From: Vicugna vicugna
Lineage: Eukaryota
DNA: 64,000 nucleotides
Reading direction: 5' to 3'
Assembly (NCBI GenBank): GCA_013265495.1
Contig: MU058213.1
Coordinates: 5,475,149-5,539,148 of the forward strand
Shown piece by piece: positions 59,261-64,000 of the stretch. Below the pieces are notes generated by a model that worked only from the letters and a program-made list of their open reading frames with translations, was not told the origin of the DNA and did not search any database. Position 1 is the stretch's first letter. Each line of letters starts with the position of its first letter. The position numbers and the translations under genes were made by a program.

Positions 59261-60039
59261 GTCTAAAAGAGAGTGACTCAAGCGAACAAAGAGATTCAGA
59301 AATGTCACTTTTAAAGAGGGAGAGAGACAAACATTTGACAGACGGCCACGTGGCAAAGGATGTATGTGCAGCACGTCTCAGAGGGCCGGCGAGGAGAACA
59401 CAGGCGTCCAGCAGGAGCCCCTGAACCAGCAGGTTCCATCAGACTCCCAGGTGCCCACTCATTAGGCACCTTCCAGGGTTCCTCCCAACTCTGAGAATGT
59501 AGGAGATGCTGACCTATTTTCAAACCAATTTTCCTCACTGCTCATCCCCTGCCTCAACAATGACCTGTGACTGTAAATTAAGACAATCTGTCTTTAATCC
59601 AGCTCTTCAGAAGCTGAGTACTTTTCACGACTAAATTTCTGAGCACCCGTTGGGGTGGGGGATGCCTTGTGCCCCCTCCTCTAAGGAGCTGTCACCATTA
59701 CTGCTGTTGTCTAAGGACTGTCCCCCACAAAGTCATGCCCATCACTCTCATCATGGCCTCAGGGGAGGAGAGGAGGCAGCTTTAGAAGTGACAATGAAGA
59801 ACCTAAGAAACACCTGGCCCATGCTTTACGTCAAACGCCCAGAAATAAACTGAAGATGCCAAGGAGAACGCAACGTACACCACGTTTCTATAGTACTGTC
59901 TACACTACGTTCACTTTAGATAATCAGCAATGCACAATAACCCTGTGAGGCCAGAAGTGCCGGGCTCTCCCTTGACAGATAAGGAGACGAGGAACAAGGG
60001 GTTCCTGGGTCCCAGGAAGAGTAAGAGACAGAACGGTCA

Positions 60040-60450
60040 TCCTCTGACTCTGGTACCCATTCTTTCTTCTCAACCCCACTGCTTCCAGCCCATGGTTTTG
60101 CTCCTCAGGATCAACGTGTTCTTCTTTGCCTCTCCTCATCTCGGCTGCATAATCTGGTCACTAACCCCCACACCGCCTCCCATCCTATTTCATCAGTGCT
60201 ACACCATCTACATCTTGGTACCTAAGTGTTCTGTTCAACTTCTCTGTTACTCATTAAGTCTTTCACACCTTGGTGTCTCCAACCTCTCTGACCTGATGCT
60301 TGTTAGCTCCCGAGCACCCGATCTTCTCTCCTGCCTTACTCCAACACAATTCCTTTTGGGGACCAATCTGAAATAGGATTTTCTCAGATGCCAGCCTGTC
60401 TGCCCTCAACAGTGCTTCTGCGTGTTTCATGTCCAGTGTAGCACGGAGCA
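60040..60450 (+). mobile_element. L2 fragment
   Basis: CCCATTCTTTCTTCTCAACCCCACTGC...CTGTTACTCATTAAG...CATGTCCAGTGTAGCAC; heavily diverged. Confidence 0.5.
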
Positions 60451-61509
60451 TAGTAACAAGGCAAGGCCAGGGTCAGTGAGATCCACAAGAGGATGCAAGA
60501 AATGTGAACTATCCATGAGGACCTGGGAAAGTGGATGATGCTACAGGGGGCAAGCCTGAAGGAAACAGATCATTTCCTGGTTTGTCTGGCATAGGAAAGC
60601 TTTTAAAGGGCCAGGTGTGACTGTCTCCTTTTGCTCCACAATGTCTTAAAGGCACCACCTGTCACCTGGCGGATGATTGATTCAGCAGCCTGGGAGTTCA
60701 CAGGGGGCCAGCCTGCCTTGGACACAGCCCTGTTGATTGGAGCCAAAGCATCTCACACAACAGTGATAGGTTAAAGCCAGCAGATGTCTTCACACCCTGA
60801 ATCACAGAGAAAGTCGGGGTGGGAGAGGAATAACTGACAGTGTCCCTGATCATAACAGACACCTCATCACAGCATATTTAGTGGAAAATACATAGAAAAC
60901 AAAAGCTGGATTCTCCATCCAGGCTGTAGTACCTAATACATCACTGCCAAGAAGAAAACATTTAATAAAACCCTCCTGTAAGTTTTGTCTAGAATAGATG
61001 CTACATGGAGCAATTAGTTAGACAGCAGTCTGACCTCCAAATTCACAGAGCAATGCAAATAACCTGGTGTGAATAAACAGACACAGCACATCCACCCAAC
61101 AAGTATTTACTGAGCACTCTTAATATGTGCCAGGCACCAAGCGGGGCTTTAACATCATACCAGGCTTTCCCTATAAAGTTTCCAAATCAAGTTCACATAC
61201 ACAATCAAATCTGATCCTCATAAAACTCAGTGACATAGTGTTGTTATCCTCATTTTGAAGACGAGTAAACTGAGGTTCATCAAGATTAGAGAATGGTCCA
61301 ACTCTGTAAGACTAGTGCCACATAAAGTTTTCTGCATTGGGAAAAAACCTCAGGGAATAAGGAAAGGAAAGGAAAATTGCCCTTTATGCCCCTGGACACC
61401 TATGGACCCCTTTCTACTACGCCAAAAGCCTGGTCTTCAACTTCCACACTCACTCTACCTCAGATGTCTCTGCAGTCTGCCTACCATACTTTTTAAGGTA
61501 GGAAGAGTA

Positions 61510-61900
61510 TGTTAGGACATGCTCAGCTTCAAGCAACAGAAAACTCAACTAAGAGTGACTTAATCAATAAAGAGAATTGTCTTATATAACAAGAGATATG
61601 AAAGTAAGGAATTCCAGAGTTGGCTCAAAATAGTCACAAAAGAAAAATAAAATTACATTGAAAGAACCAAGATCTTTCTTAGTGTCCACTTAACCATCTT
61701 TAGTCTTCTCACCTCATGGTTACAAAATGGCTGCCACAGCTCTATTCTCATGTTCTCACAGGACTGTATCCAAAGGCAGATCCAGGTCACATGACCACCC
61801 AGCAATGGGAGTAGGGGGAAGGCAAGATTCTAGTATTTGTGACTTTCATGGGGGGAGTGGCTAAAAAAGTTGGGAGTGGCTAATTGCATAGCTAATCACC
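61510..61900 (-). mobile_element. old MaLR LTR (MLT1I/J/K-like)
   Basis: TGTTAGGAC...CAAGCAACAGAAAACTCAACT...CCTCATGGTTACAAAATGGCTGCCACAGCTC...GGTCACATGACCACCCC. Confidence 0.75.
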
Positions 61901-62001
61901 AGTCTCTGCCACAGGTCACTTGCTGATTCCTGGTTAGGGTCAGAGCTGAAAACTAATTCCTCCCGAGCAGAAATATGAATTTCTTAACACTACCTATAGG
62001 T

Positions 62002-62545
62002 TGCTTTATTAGTTTTCTATTGCTGCATTATAAATCATGGGCTTAGCAGCTTAAGACAATACCTATTCATTTTTTAACAGCTCTATAGGTCAGAAGTCTG
62101 GGAAGTCTTGAGTGAGTTCTCTGCTCAGGGACTTACAAGGCTAAAATCAAGGTGTTGCCTGGGCTGAGCTCTCATCTGGAGTTCTGGGGAAGAATTTGCT
62201 TCTAATGCATTCAGATTGCTGGCATAATTCAGTTCCTTGAGGCTGTAGGACTGTCTCCATGGCCTTGTCAGCTGGCAGCAAGGGATCACTCTTAACTTCA
62301 AAGGTGGCTCTCCATCCTCACACCTGGCCCCCTCCATCCTCAACACCAGCAACAGTGCACTGAATCCTTCTCGTACTTCCAGTCTCTCCAACTTTTCCTT
62401 CTACCAGCAACTGAAGAAAATTCTGTGCTTTCAAAGGGCCCCTGCATTAGATTAAGCCCACCCAGATACTCTGCCTTTTACCATGACCACAGGAGTAACA
62501 CCAGAGGGTGAAGAGCATGAGAGCCATCCCAAAATTCTGCCTACT
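62002..62545 (-). mobile_element. MaLR LTR (MLT1E/F-like)
   Basis: TATTAGTTTTCTATTGCTGC...GGTCAGAAGTCTGGG...GCTAAAATCAAGGTGTTG...CAAAATTCTGCCTAC. Confidence 0.85.
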
Positions 62546-64000
62546 TTAGTCACCATTAAAGAAACAAAATCAGGATTTATTCTTGGAGTTCAGGATAGGG
62601 TCACCCTTCCCTGAATCACCATAAGGGCAGGGGGACTCCCAATCAAAACTGGGACTCTGAGAGCAAAAAACTGAAGGACAGAATGGCTGCTGGGTGAGCA
62701 ACCAGGACTGGCTGGTTTGATTAAATTTTTTCTGTGAAACAGATGCTAACCCTGATTTAGTTATACAGTGGAATAACTTCTAGCTAGGGGATTTTTTTTT
62801 TTTAATGAGAACATGATGTGTAAGAACCACTGGCCAGGACAAGGATTCCTGCTCCATTTAACTTCCCCAACTCCCCTCAACCCTCACCACCCCTTCACCA
62901 CCCCCACCTGCTCCTCAGCCAGCACTGTGCCCCCCACAGCGACTCATGAAGAATATGCTGACCAACAGGGAGTTTGATAGAGTTTCTTAACAATAAAAGT
63001 ATTTAATGTGGCTAGATTTCTCATGTCTACTTTTAACCAGTTTGTATCTATCTGCTAGAGGTAAAGACAAAGGTTTATGGAAGGAGGAAGCCTGTCCCTC
63101 AAAGCTCACACAGAGTAGGTCCTAACACTGCCCATGGTGTCGATAACGAGCCTTTGCAGGCCTTTCCACTCCTTCTAAAGAGAAATCACATGCCCTCTTC
63201 TCTGCAGAGATGCCTTATTAACAGTTCTTTCGACTCATTGCTTTCTGTTTCACTGCCTTACATCTGATGCAGGTCGCCTATGTTTTTTTATTTCAATTAG
63301 TTTTCTCTGTTTTATGACTTCTATTTGGATTTAATTCTATTTTTTCCTCCACCAAAAAAATCTGAAGTCCCAACTCAGATGTCTCCAAGGAGCTTATGTG
63401 TGTTTGCACAAACACGGGAAAATCCTTAAGACCTGCAAATTGTCAACCAAGAACAGCTCAGTGCCTTTCGGAAAGCTTTACTTTCATGGAGGCTTGTGTT
63501 TACCTTTTATGTTAAGCGCTTTCAAGCCCATCTCTAGAAGCCCTTGCCTTACCAGGAGCCCTGCCCATTTGTTCTTGCTGCCTCCTTCATTCAGAAGAAC
63601 CATCAATCAGTTTCTGAAACAAGGCAGCTTCTGTGCAGAATCAAAAGCCACCACATCACAGCTGATGGCAAGAGAATGCAGTGGGCATTGTTGTTTGTAC
63701 ACAGGCCTTCATCTCTTTGAGAAGAACCTCTGTTTGAAATGAATGAGGCAGACAAGAGGGGTGGCTTCAAAAGCAACTATCCTCCTCTGGGCTTTTCTTG
63801 TTGAAAGTCCTGAGCGGCACTGTTACTAGAAAGTAAAGAGAAAAAAAGGCCAACCTGAGGCAGGCTACAGGCTTCCTATACAAGAAACTCATACCTGGCC
63901 TCAGTCGGGCTGTGTGTCTGGACATTTTGCCTTTACTTTGTAGATTTGGGTTTGCAAGGTTAGCGTGAAAGAGGCTGTTTATTTTTTCCCCAGTGATTCT

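Noticed and set aside
1-64000. CRISPR arrays, tRNA genes, operon-like systems
   Set aside because: Eukaryotic repeat-rich DNA. No regularly spaced repeat-spacer array and no cloverleaf-forming tRNA gene seen; MIR heads are tRNA-derived but degenerate.

Overview
Mammalian nuclear DNA, most likely camelid (alpaca/camel). The basis is an L1 3' end at 22.5-23.0 kb of the type I recall from camelids, a cetartiodactyl-type L1 tail at 56.8-58.0 kb, and no Alu, B1, Bov-A/BovB, PRE-1, ERE or SINEC elements. The window is intergenic or deep-intronic. I recognise no protein-coding gene, tRNA, functional rRNA, miRNA or CRISPR array; the ORF track is short chance ORFs, transposon-derived frames, or frames running through N gaps. 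By eye roughly half of the window is interspersed repeat: L1, L2, L3/CR1, MIR, MaLR/ERVL/ERV LTRs, hAT-Charlie and Tigger elements, several of them nested. Repeat family names come from remembered consensus sequences, not a database run. The most notable part is 27.9-33.2 kb. It holds a degenerate 6-bp-period repeat open on both strands, a compact CRE/NF-kB/CCAAT/C-EBP/TATA promoter-like cassette with no recognisable gene behind it, a 4-nt microexon-like site, a retroposed 5S rRNA pseudogene with half of its C box deleted, and a small CpG-rich promoter-like island. I cannot support a previously undescribed biological system from sequence alone. The best lead is an unannotated, possibly inflammation-inducible lncRNA/microprotein locus, and that is inference.
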